Notes under the pieces: model-generated
The model's database searches: none
What the model saw: only the letters and a program-made list of their open reading frames with translations
What the model was told of the DNA's origin: nothing
Part shown: positions 1 to 9,082 of the stretch, piece by piece
How positions within the stretch are numbered: the stretch's first letter is position 1
Layout: every line of letters starts with the position of its first letter
Program-made: the position numbers and the translations under genes
Assembly (NCBI RefSeq): GCF_035429765.1
Contig: NZ_DAOMFK010000001.1
Coordinates: 1-60,655, forward strand
Source: Nocardioides sp.
GTDB taxonomy: Bacteria; Actinomycetota; Actinomycetes; Propionibacteriales; Nocardioidaceae
Direction: 5' to 3'
DNA: 60,655 bases

Positions 1-476
1 GCCGCGAGCCTCCTGGCAGTGAACACGACGGCCTCGGCCGAGGGCAGGTCGAGGGCGTGCAGGTCGTCGACGAGCACGGCCACCGGCCCCTCCTCGGCGT
101 ACCGGGAGAGCAGCCCCAGCACGGCCGCCCCGATCATGAACCGGTCGCCGCTGCCCGGCTCCGGGCGCGCGAGCCCGAGCGCCCCCGCCAGGGCGGCCGC
201 CTGCGGCGGAGCCAGCGCGTCGAGGTGGTCGAGCGCCGGCCGCAGCAGCTGGAGGAGGCCGGCGAAGGGGAGGTGCCGCTCCGCCTCCAGCCCGGTGGCC
301 CGGAGCGCCCGCATGCCCTCGAGCCCCGACTCGGCGTCCTCCAGCAGGCTGGTCTTGCCCACGCCGGCCTCACCGGTGATCACCAGGGTCCGGCTCACCC
401 CCAGGCGCGCCGTGGCGAGCAGCTGGCCGATCGCCTCGCGTTCGCCATCCCGACCCAGCAGCCCAGGGTCCGCCAT
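1..476 (-). CDS. AAA-ATPase-containing (LAL/LuxR-type) transcriptional regulator, N-terminal part; runs off the left edge
   Basis: Not in the ORF track. Manual translation from ATG 476: MADPGLLGRDGEREAI...VITGEAGVGKTSLL (Walker A)...VLVDDLHALD (Walker B). Divergent from the OsmC operon. The C-terminal HTH lies outside the window. Confidence 0.85.
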   Translation of the reverse strand, partial: MADPGLLGRDGEREAIGQLLATARLGVSRTLVITGEAGVGKTSLLEDAESGLEGMRALRATGLEAERHLPFAGLLQLLRPALDHLDALAPPQAAALAGALGLARPEPGSGDRFMIGAAVLGLLSRYAEEGPVAVLVDDLHALDLPSAEAVVFTARRLA

Positions 477-616
477 AGGCACAGGGTAAGGGCCCCCTGG
501 CCCGGTGGGAACGGCACGACCAGGGGGGTCACCGGACGCGGCGACCCGGTCGGCCGGGAGAGCCTGAGGGCCACCACCAACCCAACCGGCCTCCTGGCCG
601 AGAACGGAGCACCATC

Positions 617-1177
617 ATGACCCTCACCAGCATGCCCGTGGAGAACGGCGTCAACGTCGACGCACTCCTGGGGGCCCGGACCGCCTTCGCCGACAGCCCC
701 GAGATCGCCCGCTTCCAGTGGCGCTCCTCGGTGACCTGGGTGAACGGCACCCACAGCCGCTCCGACGTCGAGAGCTTCTACGGGTTCGCCGAGGAGCAGC
801 ACCACCACCGCTCCTTCAGCCTCGACGCCGACCACCCCCTGCAGTTCGCGGCCCAGGACAACGGGCCCACGCCCGTGGAGTACGTCCTCGTCGGGCTGGG
901 GGCCTGCCTGACCGCAGGGATCGCGGCGGTCGCCCAGCAGCGACAGATCCAGCTGCGCTCGGTCAAGGCCACACTGGCGGCCGACATGGACCTGCACGGC
1001 ATCCTGGGCGCCGACCCCGAGGTGCGCAACGGCTTCAGCGGGGTGTCGGTGAGCTACCACATCGACGCCGACGCCACGCCGGAGGAGATCCGGGCCGTGG
1101 TCGCGCAGTCCCAGAAGCGCTCCGCGGTGTTCGACATCCTCACCAACCCGACCGACGTCGCCGTCACCGTGGTCTGA
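617..1177 (+). CDS. OsmC/Ohr-like family protein (single conserved Cys)
   Basis: NGVNV...FQWR...DHP...GPTPVEYVLVGLGACLTAG...DLHGILG; GGAG RBS upstream; TGATG overlap with the next gene. Confidence 0.85.
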   Translation: MTLTSMPVENGVNVDALLGARTAFADSPEIARFQWRSSVTWVNGTHSRSDVESFYGFAEEQHHHRSFSLDADHPLQFAAQDNGPTPVEYVLVGLGACLTAGIAAVAQQRQIQLRSVKATLAADMDLHGILGADPEVRNGFSGVSVSYHIDADATPEEIRAVVAQSQKRSAVFDILTNPTDVAVTVV

Positions 1178-2403
1178 TGCGCACCGTCACCGCAGTCGTG
1201 GTCGGGGCCGGGCACTGCGGGCTCGCGATGAGCCGCCACCTCGCCGCACGCTCGATCGACCACGTGGTCCTCGAGCGTGGCGAGGTGGCGAGCTCGTGGC
1301 GGACCCAGCGCTGGGACTCGCTGCGCCTGCTCACCCCCAACTGGATGACCCGGCTTCCGGAGTGGGAGTACCAGGGTGACGATCCCACCGGGTACCTCTC
1401 GGCCGGCCAGGTCGCGGACTTCATCACGGGCTACGCCGCGGCAACGGCGGCACCGGTGGTCACCGGCACCACGGTGACCGCGGTGCGGCCGCGGGAGCGT
1501 GGCTTCGAGGTCGACACCGACCAGGGGCGCTGGCACGCCGAGTCCGTCGTCCTCGCGGCGGGAACCACCCGCAGCGTCGTCCCGCCCCTGGCGCGGCGCC
1601 TGCCGCCCGGGATCGTGTCGCTCCCGGCGCTGCAGTACCGCAACCCGCACCAGCTGCCCGACGGGGGAGTGCTGGTGGTCGGGGGTTCTGCCAGCGGCGT
1701 CCAGATCGCCGAGGAGCTGCAGGCCTCCGGCCGTCAGGTCACCCTGGCGGTGGGGGAGCACGTCAGGGTTCCGCGGCGCTACCGGGGACACGACGTCGTG
1801 TGGTGGATGGACGCGGTCGGCCTCCTCGACCAGCGGTGGGACACGATGGACGACCTGGTGCGGGCCCGCAACCTGCCCTCGCTCCAGCTCGTCGGCGCGC
1901 CCCGCACCCTCGACCTCAACGCGCTCCAGGCCTCGGGCGTGCGGGTCGCCGGCCGCTTCGCCGGGCTGCGCGACGGCGTCGCGCAGTTCTCGGGCTCGCT
2001 GCGCAACGTCTGCGCGCTGGCCGACCTCAAGCTCGGCCGTCTGCTGGACACCATCGACTTGTACGCCGGTGGCCGGGGCGAGCGGCCCGAGCCCACCCAG
2101 GTGCGGCGCGCGCCGCTCGGGGTGGACCTGCGCTCGGGGGAGATCCGGTCGGTCGTGTGGGCCACCGGGGTCCGCCCGGACCTCTCCTGGCTGGACGTCC
2201 CCGTGCTGGACCACCGCGGCCGGCTGGTGCACGACGGCGGGGTCACCGGCTGGCCCGGACTGTACGTGCTGGGCCTGCCCCTGCTCAGGCGGCGCCGCTC
2301 GACCTACATCGACGGGGCCGGGGGGGACGCGGACGAGCTGGCCACCCACCTGGCCGACCACCTCGGCGCCGGGAAGGTGCCGCTGACGAGAGGAACCTCA
2401 TGA
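1177..2403 (+). CDS. Flavin-dependent NAD(P)-binding oxidoreductase (FMO/TrkA-like)
   Basis: Start reassigned to ATG 1177. Two Rossmann motifs (VVVGAGHCG, VLVVGGSASG), RWDSLRLLTPNW, VVWATG. Confidence 0.85.
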   Translation: MRTVTAVVVGAGHCGLAMSRHLAARSIDHVVLERGEVASSWRTQRWDSLRLLTPNWMTRLPEWEYQGDDPTGYLSAGQVADFITGYAAATAAPVVTGTTVTAVRPRERGFEVDTDQGRWHAESVVLAAGTTRSVVPPLARRLPPGIVSLPALQYRNPHQLPDGGVLVVGGSASGVQIAEELQASGRQVTLAVGEHVRVPRRYRGHDVVWWMDAVGLLDQRWDTMDDLVRARNLPSLQLVGAPRTLDLNALQASGVRVAGRFAGLRDGVAQFSGSLRNVCALADLKLGRLLDTIDLYAGGRGERPEPTQVRRAPLGVDLRSGEIRSVVWATGVRPDLSWLDVPVLDHRGRLVHDGGVTGWPGLYVLGLPLLRRRRSTYIDGAGGDADELATHLADHLGAGKVPLTRGTS

Positions 2404-2765
2404 ACACCCACCCGCTGGCGACGTCCTTCGCGACCGCCGTCGCCGACCGCGACCTGGACCGGCTGGGCGACCAGCTGACGGACCTGGTCCGGCTGCGCGC
2501 GCTCCTCCCGGGCGGACCGATCGAGGAGCACGGCAGGGACACCGTGCTGGCCCGGTTCCACGCCTGGTTCGGTGACTACGACACCGTGGTCCTCACCGAC
2601 GTCGCCGGCGACACCGTCGGTGACCGGGTGCTCGTCCACTACAAGCTCGTCTTCGACCCCGACGTCGACCGCCGTGTGCTCACCCAGACCCTGGTGTGCA
2701 CCCTGCACCAGGGCCTGGTGGGCCGCGTCGACCTGGTCTGCTCGGGCTTCAGGGAGGACCGATGA
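2400..2765 (+). CDS. SnoaL/NTF2-like small protein
   Basis: 121 aa from ATG 2400 (AGGAAC RBS), ATGA overlaps at both ends; FATAVADRDLDRL...VRLRALLP...GRDTV pattern. Confidence 0.65.
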   Translation: MNTHPLATSFATAVADRDLDRLGDQLTDLVRLRALLPGGPIEEHGRDTVLARFHAWFGDYDTVVLTDVAGDTVGDRVLVHYKLVFDPDVDRRVLTQTLVCTLHQGLVGRVDLVCSGFREDR

Positions 2766-4015
2766 CTCCGCCACGCGCACGAGAGCTGGACCGCTGGGGC
2801 GACCTCGACCGGGAGTGCCCGTTCCCGCTGTACGACGAGGTCCGGGCCTCCGGTCCGGTGCACGACGTCACCCTCGCCGACGGACACCGGGCCTTCCTCG
2901 TCCTCGGGTACGCCGCCGCCCGCGAGGCGCTGAACCACCCCGACCTGTCCAAGGACATGCACGCCGCGCTGGCCCGGGGTGGCGACGTCGTCGCCGAGGG
3001 CCTGCCCGGACCTGACTTCGCCCGGCACATGCTCAGCGTCGACCCGCCCGACCACACCCGTCTGCGCCGCCTGGCCGCGCAGGCGTTCAGCCGCACCCGC
3101 CTGCAGCGGCTGGAGCCGCGCATAGGAGAGATCGCCGCGAGCCTCCTCGACGACCTCGCCGCGCAGGGGGACGAGCCGGTCGACCTGGTCGCCGGGTACG
3201 CCCGACCCCTGCCGTTCGCCGTCCTCGGCGAGCTGCTCGGCATCGACCGCGCCGACCAGGGGCGGCTCTCGGGGTGGTTCGCGACGATGCTCGCGCCCAC
3301 CGGCGGGGCCGCCCCGTCGGCCGAGGCGGTGGCCGCCTCCGACCGCGTCGTCGGTTACCTGACCGGCCTCGTCGATCGCAGGTGGGCCGAGCCGACCGAG
3401 GATCTCGTCGGCGACCTGGTGCGAGCCTGCCAGGACGGTCTGCTGACCCGCCAGGAGCTGCTCTCCACACTGTTCCAGCTGGTCGTCGCCGGTCACGACA
3501 CCACGACCAGCCTGATCGGGAACGGCGTCGCTGCGCTCCTGGCGCACCCCGACCAGCGCGACGCGCTCGCCGCCGATCCGAGCCGGGTGCCGCGGGCGGT
3601 CGAGGAGTTCCTCCGGTGGGACCCCCCGGTGCACCACGCCACCTTCCGCTACGCGGCCCGGGACGCGACGATCGCCGGAACTGTCGTCCCCGCCGGTGTC
3701 CAGGTGCTGGTCTCGCTCGCCGCGGCGGGCAGGGACCCGGGCCGGAACCCCGACCCGGCGGCCTTCGACATCGACCGGCCCGGCCCGGCCCATCTGGCCT
3801 TCGGGCACGGGATCCACCACTGCCTGGGCGCCCGGCTGGCCCGGATGGAGGCGGAGATCGCGTTCCGCGCGCTGCTCGCGCGCTTCCCCCGGCTCGGCCT
3901 GGCCGTGCCTCGCGAGGAGCTCCGCTGGGGGCACGGCGACGGGCTGGTGCTGCGAGGACTCAGCGAGCTGCCGGTCTTGTTGCGGGGTGCGCAGCCGCAG
4001 GAGACTCTTCCATGA
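2762..4015 (+). CDS. Cytochrome P450
   Basis: DPPDHTRLR, I-helix AGHDTT, EFLR (ExxR), heme motif FGHGIHHCLG. Confidence 0.95.
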   Translation: MTPPRARELDRWGDLDRECPFPLYDEVRASGPVHDVTLADGHRAFLVLGYAAAREALNHPDLSKDMHAALARGGDVVAEGLPGPDFARHMLSVDPPDHTRLRRLAAQAFSRTRLQRLEPRIGEIAASLLDDLAAQGDEPVDLVAGYARPLPFAVLGELLGIDRADQGRLSGWFATMLAPTGGAAPSAEAVAASDRVVGYLTGLVDRRWAEPTEDLVGDLVRACQDGLLTRQELLSTLFQLVVAGHDTTTSLIGNGVAALLAHPDQRDALAADPSRVPRAVEEFLRWDPPVHHATFRYAARDATIAGTVVPAGVQVLVSLAAAGRDPGRNPDPAAFDIDRPGPAHLAFGHGIHHCLGARLARMEAEIAFRALLARFPRLGLAVPREELRWGHGDGLVLRGLSELPVLLRGAQPQETLP

Positions 4016-6150
4016 CCCGCGCACGGGAGCCGGACTCGGAGGGGTTCGTCGAGCGTGCCGGGGTGAAGATCCACTACGAGGTGTACGGCGAGGGCGGCCC
4101 GACGATCCTGCTGATGCCCACCTGGACGATCATCCACAAGCGGTTCTGGAAGCTCCAGGTGCCGTACCTGGCCCGGCACCACCGGGTGGTCTGCTACGAC
4201 GGGCCGGGCAACGGTCGCTCCCAGCGACCGCTGGACCCCGCGGCGTACCACCACGACCGCCAGGTGCAGTACGCCCTGGACGTCCTCGACGCCACGGGCA
4301 CCGACCGAGCCGTCGTGGTGGGCCTCTCCCTGGGCGCCCTGTGGGCCCTGCAGCTGGCCGGCGAGCACGGCGAGCGGGTGCTGGGCACAGTCGTGATCGG
4401 GGCCTCGGTCCCGGTCACCGACCCGCACCCCTACCGGGCGCCGACGGAGTCCGATCCGCTGAACCTGCCCGAGTCGCGTGTGCCGCGGGTGGCCCGCGAC
4501 CCCATGGAGCACTGGGCGAAGTACGACCCCGCCTTCTGGCAGCGCCGGCACGAGGACTTCCTGTGGTTCTTCTTCGGCATGTGCTTCCCCGAGCGGCGAT
4601 CGACCAAGCCGATCGAGGACTGCGTGGGCTGGGGGCTGGACACGTCCCCGGACGTGCTGATCGCCGAGAAGGGGACCGACCCGCCGACCCGGGAGACCGT
4701 GGAGGGCTGGTGCCGGGCCGTCGGCTCCCCGGTGCTGGCCATCCACGGCGACCACGACATGATCAGCCCGGTCTCCCGGGCACACCGGATCGCCGAGCTG
4801 ACCGGTGGCGAGTGCGTGGTCATCACCGGCGGGGGGCACATCCCCCTGGCGCGCGACCCGGTGCGGGTCAACCACCTCATCCACGAGCTCGCCACCCGGG
4901 TGGCTCCCACCCCGCGGACGAGGACCTGGACCCGCGGACGGCGGCGCCCGAAGAAGGTCCTCTACCTCTCCTCGCCGATCGGCCTGGGCCACGCCCGCCG
5001 CGACGTCGCCGTGGCCCAGGCGCTCAGGGGGCTGCGCGGCGACGTCCACGTGGACTGGCTGGCCCAGCACCCGGTGACCCGGCTGCTCGAGCGGAGCGGG
5101 GAGACCGTGCACCCGGCGAGCGCGTGGCTCGCCAGCGAGTCGGGCCACTTCGAGTCCGAGTGCGGGGAGCACGACCTGCACTGCTTCGAGGCGCTGCGCC
5201 GGATGGACGAGATCCTCCTGCACGACTTCCACGTCTTCGACGACGTCGTGCGCGAAGGGGACTACGACCTGGTCGTCGGTGACGAGGCCTGGGACGTCGA
5301 CCACTTCCTGCACGAGAACCCCGAGCTCAAGCGGTTCGCCTACGCCTGGCTCACCGACTTCGTCGGCATGCTGCCGATGCCCGACGGCGGCGAGCGCGAG
5401 GCGCGGCTGACCGCCGACTACAACGCCGAGATGATCGAGCACGTCGAGCGGTTCCCCTGGGTGCGTGACCGGGCCATCTTCGTCGGCGACCCCGACGACA
5501 TCGTGCCGGACGCCTTCGGCCCCGGCCTGCCCGGGATCCGGGAGTGGACCGAGCGGCACTACGACTTCTCCGGCTACATCATCGACGCCGCCCCCTCCCG
5601 CGAGCTCGACCGCGCGCAGCTGCGGCAGGACCTGGGCTGGGCCCCCGACGAGCGCGTCTGCGTGGTCACGGTGGGCGGATCCGGTGTCGGCGGCCACCTG
5701 CTGCGCCGGGTGAGCGACGCCTACGACGAGGCCCGCGCACGGGTGCCGGGGCTGCGGATGGTGGTCGTGGCCGGCCCGCGGCTGGACCCGGACGTGGTGG
5801 CGGCGCGGCCGGGGCTCGAGGTGCACGCCTTCGTGCCCGACCTGCCTCGCCTGCTGCACGCCGGCGACCTCGCGGTGGTCCAGGGCGGCCTGACCACGAC
5901 CATGGAGCTCACCGCGGCTGGCCGGCCGTTCCTCTACGTCCCGCTGCGCCACCACTTCGAGCAGAGCCTCCACGTGCGCCACCGTCTCGAGAGGTACGGC
6001 GCCGGCCGCTGCGTCACCTACGAGCAGGTCTGCGACCCCGACTGGCTGGCGCAGGCGATCGCCGAGGAGATCGGCGCCGAGACGGCGTACCTGCCCGTGC
6101 AGACCCACGGCGCCGAGCGGGCCGCGGCGTTGCTCGCCGAGCTCCTCTGA
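4012..6150 (+). CDS. Alpha/beta-hydrolase fused to a GT-B glycosyltransferase
   Basis: N-half: YDGPGNGRS, GLSLG nucleophile elbow, HGDHD, GGGH. C-half: SSPIGLGH, VTVGGSG, QGGLTT, HFEQ. Confidence 0.85.
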   Translation: MTRAREPDSEGFVERAGVKIHYEVYGEGGPTILLMPTWTIIHKRFWKLQVPYLARHHRVVCYDGPGNGRSQRPLDPAAYHHDRQVQYALDVLDATGTDRAVVVGLSLGALWALQLAGEHGERVLGTVVIGASVPVTDPHPYRAPTESDPLNLPESRVPRVARDPMEHWAKYDPAFWQRRHEDFLWFFFGMCFPERRSTKPIEDCVGWGLDTSPDVLIAEKGTDPPTRETVEGWCRAVGSPVLAIHGDHDMISPVSRAHRIAELTGGECVVITGGGHIPLARDPVRVNHLIHELATRVAPTPRTRTWTRGRRRPKKVLYLSSPIGLGHARRDVAVAQALRGLRGDVHVDWLAQHPVTRLLERSGETVHPASAWLASESGHFESECGEHDLHCFEALRRMDEILLHDFHVFDDVVREGDYDLVVGDEAWDVDHFLHENPELKRFAYAWLTDFVGMLPMPDGGEREARLTADYNAEMIEHVERFPWVRDRAIFVGDPDDIVPDAFGPGLPGIREWTERHYDFSGYIIDAAPSRELDRAQLRQDLGWAPDERVCVVTVGGSGVGGHLLRRVSDAYDEARARVPGLRMVVVAGPRLDPDVVAARPGLEVHAFVPDLPRLLHAGDLAVVQGGLTTTMELTAAGRPFLYVPLRHHFEQSLHVRHRLERYGAGRCVTYEQVCDPDWLAQAIAEEIGAETAYLPVQTHGAERAAALLAELL

Positions 6151-6174
6151 CACCCCCCAGGAACCTCGTCGGCG

Positions 6175-7233
6175 CTAGGCAGAGCGGTCGCCGACCGACA
6201 GCTCCTCCACGATGTGGGGGAACACCTCATGGCTGGCTCGCTTCCCCATGAACACGTCGAGGTGGCTGTAGCCCGGCAGGACACGCAGGGAGTGGCGACC
6301 GGGCGCGAGCCGGTCCAGGTACTCGAAGGTCCGCACCTGGCTCTCCGGCAGGAAGCACCGGTTGTGCTCGCCGGACAGCAGGACGAACCGCGCATCGGTC
6401 TGCGGCGGGGCCGCCAGGTAGTCCTCGGGCAGGCCGGGCAGCGGCTCCTGGGCCACCAGGTGGCCGCGCTGGACGCACCGGGCCATCTGCCGGAAGAAGC
6501 TCACCGGGACCCTGCCGAACTCACGCGGGATGAACTCCTCGTGGGTGGCCCGGTCGAGGTTCTCGTGCTCCCACAGGGCCGGGAAGCCGCTGCCGTAGGT
6601 GAAGCTGACCAGGCGGCACGCCGTGCTGTCGCACTCGCGGTGCACCGCTCGGACCCCCAGCGAGATGGCCTTCGGCGCGAGCCCCGGCGGCCGGGTACCC
6701 CAGCTGGGGTCCAGGGCGTCCACCAGGATGCCGAGCACCGGCAACGCGAACCGCAGCTTCAGCCGGGACCATCGGGGCACGACCGGATGCAGCGACACGG
6801 CGTTGGAGACGATGGTCCGCACCTGCGGGACCAGCCCGGCGACCGCGGACATCATGAACGACGTCGACCCCTGGCAGTGGATGACGGCCTGGACGCTGTC
6901 GGCGCCCGTCTGGGCCAGCACGCTGCGGACCGCGGCGGGGTGGTCGTAGCGCGCCGCCTGGTCCAGCGTCCAGTCGGTGGGTACGACGTCGATGCTGGCC
7001 CGCCAGTTCTCGAGCCAGACGTCGAAGCCGTTCTCGACCAGGACGTCGACCAGCGTGGTGTCGACGGGAGCCTCGAAGATGTGCGAGCGCACCCCGGCGC
7101 CGTGCACCAGCAGGACGGGCCCGCGAGTCGGCTCGCTCTCCCCGCGGACGTGGACCAGGTTCAACGACAGCCCGTCCTCGGTGTCGAACGGGACGACGTC
7201 GCGGCGAACCCCGGGGCGTTCCTCAGACCGCAT
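6175..7233 (-). CDS. Alpha/beta-hydrolase with Cys nucleophile elbow (GMC-oxidase-associated)
   Basis: VLLVHGAG, GFDVWLENWR, IHCQGS, GYSHLD; ATG 7233 with GAGGTG RBS (alternative GTG 7245). Confidence 0.8.
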   Translation of the reverse strand: MRSEERPGVRRDVVPFDTEDGLSLNLVHVRGESEPTRGPVLLVHGAGVRSHIFEAPVDTTLVDVLVENGFDVWLENWRASIDVVPTDWTLDQAARYDHPAAVRSVLAQTGADSVQAVIHCQGSTSFMMSAVAGLVPQVRTIVSNAVSLHPVVPRWSRLKLRFALPVLGILVDALDPSWGTRPPGLAPKAISLGVRAVHRECDSTACRLVSFTYGSGFPALWEHENLDRATHEEFIPREFGRVPVSFFRQMARCVQRGHLVAQEPLPGLPEDYLAAPPQTDARFVLLSGEHNRCFLPESQVRTFEYLDRLAPGRHSLRVLPGYSHLDVFMGKRASHEVFPHIVEELSVGDRSA

Positions 7234-9082
7234 CACTGGCGACACCTCGATTCACGATCTCGCGACGGATCTGGAACGGAGCCTCGATCAGCCGCGGAGT
7301 GGGGAGCGGGCCTGCCGGGACGGGGATCTTCGTGGGGCGACCCGTGGTCCGCACCGGCGTCGGGGAGATCTCATAGTCGCGGAGGATCTCCTCGGTGACC
7401 AGTGGGTGCACCGTGAGCGTCCCGTCGGAGGAGATCTGGATCCTCAAGAACCCCTTTCCCTCCTCGATGGCCTGGCCCATGATCGCCCAGGACCCCAGGC
7501 CGGAGCCTCGGACCAGAACGATCCAGATCGCGAGCGCCCACGCCGCGAGGAACCCGCCGACCGCGGTGGCGACCACCAGGCACAGCAGGAAGCGCATCCA
7601 GCCGGGCGCGGCGTCGAGCCGGTCCGTGGCCAGGGCTCCGAGCGCCACGAAGCCGCCCAGCGCCACCAGGAGCTGGCTGGTGACCAGCGACGTCACGTCG
7701 CTCGACACCAGCGGCGGGCGCCCCCTCAGCCGGGGTGCTTCCGAGACCAGGACGGCCAGGACCAGCACCGCGAGCACGCTCCCGGCGAAGCTCGCGAGCT
7801 CGCTGCTCCCGGAGTGGAGGTAGGCGTCGTACATCCGCTGGCCGGTGGCGTCCACCCCCTGCCAGAACAGCAGCATCAGCAGCACGAACAGGACGAGCTG
7901 GCAGCTGGCCATGAACGAGACCAGGCCGGGGTTGCGGCGGATCGCCCACTCCTTGCGCCACGGGAGCGCGAGGCGGCGGGCCCAGTGCTTGGAGTCGGCG
8001 ACGGTGGGGAAGACCGCCCCCTGCTGGGTGAACGTCGTCGTCGCCTGTCCGTCTCGCCAGCTGCGGGACTCCTGGGGAAGCAGCTGCACCTGGTCGGCGA
8101 GACCGTGGGTCAGGTCGAGGTAGGCGCCGCCGAGCCCGCAGGTGATCAGCTGCCGCGCCGTCCCGGGGGGCGCGTCGGAGTCGTCGAGCTGCTCGACGTA
8201 CCTCATGTAGTGGTGCTTGTCGCCGCTGAGCCACAGCCTCACCTCGGCGCCGGTCTCCTCCCGCTCGTCGGAGCCGGGGACCCGGCGGGTGCGGATGAAG
8301 TTGCGCTCGAACCAGTCGAGGTTGTTGAAGGCGTCGGCCTTGCCCTCCGCCGTCTTGAGCCAGGCCGGGGTGGCACAGCAGACGATGACGCCGTCGTGCT
8401 CGGACAGGGTCTGGGTCAGCGTCTGCTCGAAGTACTTCAGCTGCGGGTCGTCGAAGTAGGAGTCGAGCTGGCTGTCGAGACCCACGAGCCACCAGTGGTG
8501 CGGCAGCTTCACGGTGAAGTAGCTGCGGGTCTGGCTGGTGCGCCAGCCGCCGATCGCGCGACGCTGGCAGAAGATCCGCAGGAACGACGTGAGCCCGTCG
8601 TACCAGTCGTGGTTCCCCGGCAGCGCGAGCATGACAGGTTGTCGGTCTGCGTGAGGGAGAGCGGACTTGAAGGGGCCGAGGAGGCGGTCCTCGTACGCCC
8701 TCGCCGAGGCCGCCGGGTAGACCTCGTCACCGCCCAGGACCAGCAGGTCGCCACGGGGGAGGTCGACGGCCACGCCGGGGATCCGGAGTCGCTCCTGGGC
8801 CAGGAGACTGGCCACGGTGAAGGTGGCCGCGAAGCCGTCGCCGGTGTCGGCGGTGTAGTCGAGCCAGAACGCCCCGTCGCGACCTGAGGCGGCCTCGGAG
8901 AGATCCACGAGCGTGCTGTCGAAGCCCTGCTGGAGCTCACGCTTGTCGGCATAGGTTCCGAACACCATCGACAGCAACGACAGCGCCATCGTCTTGAGCT
9001 CGGCCGGCGCCAGCCAGCGGACCGCCTCCTGCGGCTCGAAGTTCAGCTCGGCGACGTGCTTCGCCAGCTCCTCACGGTTCAT
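7223..9082 (-). CDS. Calcineurin-like metallophosphoesterase with C-terminal transmembrane segments
   Basis: ADTGDG, GGDEVYP, PGNHDWYD, SGDKHHY motifs; about 4 hydrophobic helices at the C-terminus; start ATG 9082 overlaps the GMC stop. Confidence 0.85.
   Translation of the reverse strand: MNREELAKHVAELNFEPQEAVRWLAPAELKTMALSLLSMVFGTYADKRELQQGFDSTLVDLSEAASGRDGAFWLDYTADTGDGFAATFTVASLLAQERLRIPGVAVDLPRGDLLVLGGDEVYPAASARAYEDRLLGPFKSALPHADRQPVMLALPGNHDWYDGLTSFLRIFCQRRAIGGWRTSQTRSYFTVKLPHHWWLVGLDSQLDSYFDDPQLKYFEQTLTQTLSEHDGVIVCCATPAWLKTAEGKADAFNNLDWFERNFIRTRRVPGSDEREETGAEVRLWLSGDKHHYMRYVEQLDDSDAPPGTARQLITCGLGGAYLDLTHGLADQVQLLPQESRSWRDGQATTTFTQQGAVFPTVADSKHWARRLALPWRKEWAIRRNPGLVSFMASCQLVLFVLLMLLFWQGVDATGQRMYDAYLHSGSSELASFAGSVLAVLVLAVLVSEAPRLRGRPPLVSSDVTSLVTSQLLVALGGFVALGALATDRLDAAPGWMRFLLCLVVATAVGGFLAAWALAIWIVLVRGSGLGSWAIMGQAIEEGKGFLRIQISSDGTLTVHPLVTEEILRDYEISPTPVRTTGRPTKIPVPAGPLPTPRLIEAPFQIRREIVNRGVASDAV

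Noticed and set aside
516-545. ACCAGGGGGGTCACCGGACGCG as operator for the AAA-LuxR regulator
   Set aside because: Single weakly symmetric site; cannot be distinguished from GC-rich background by eye
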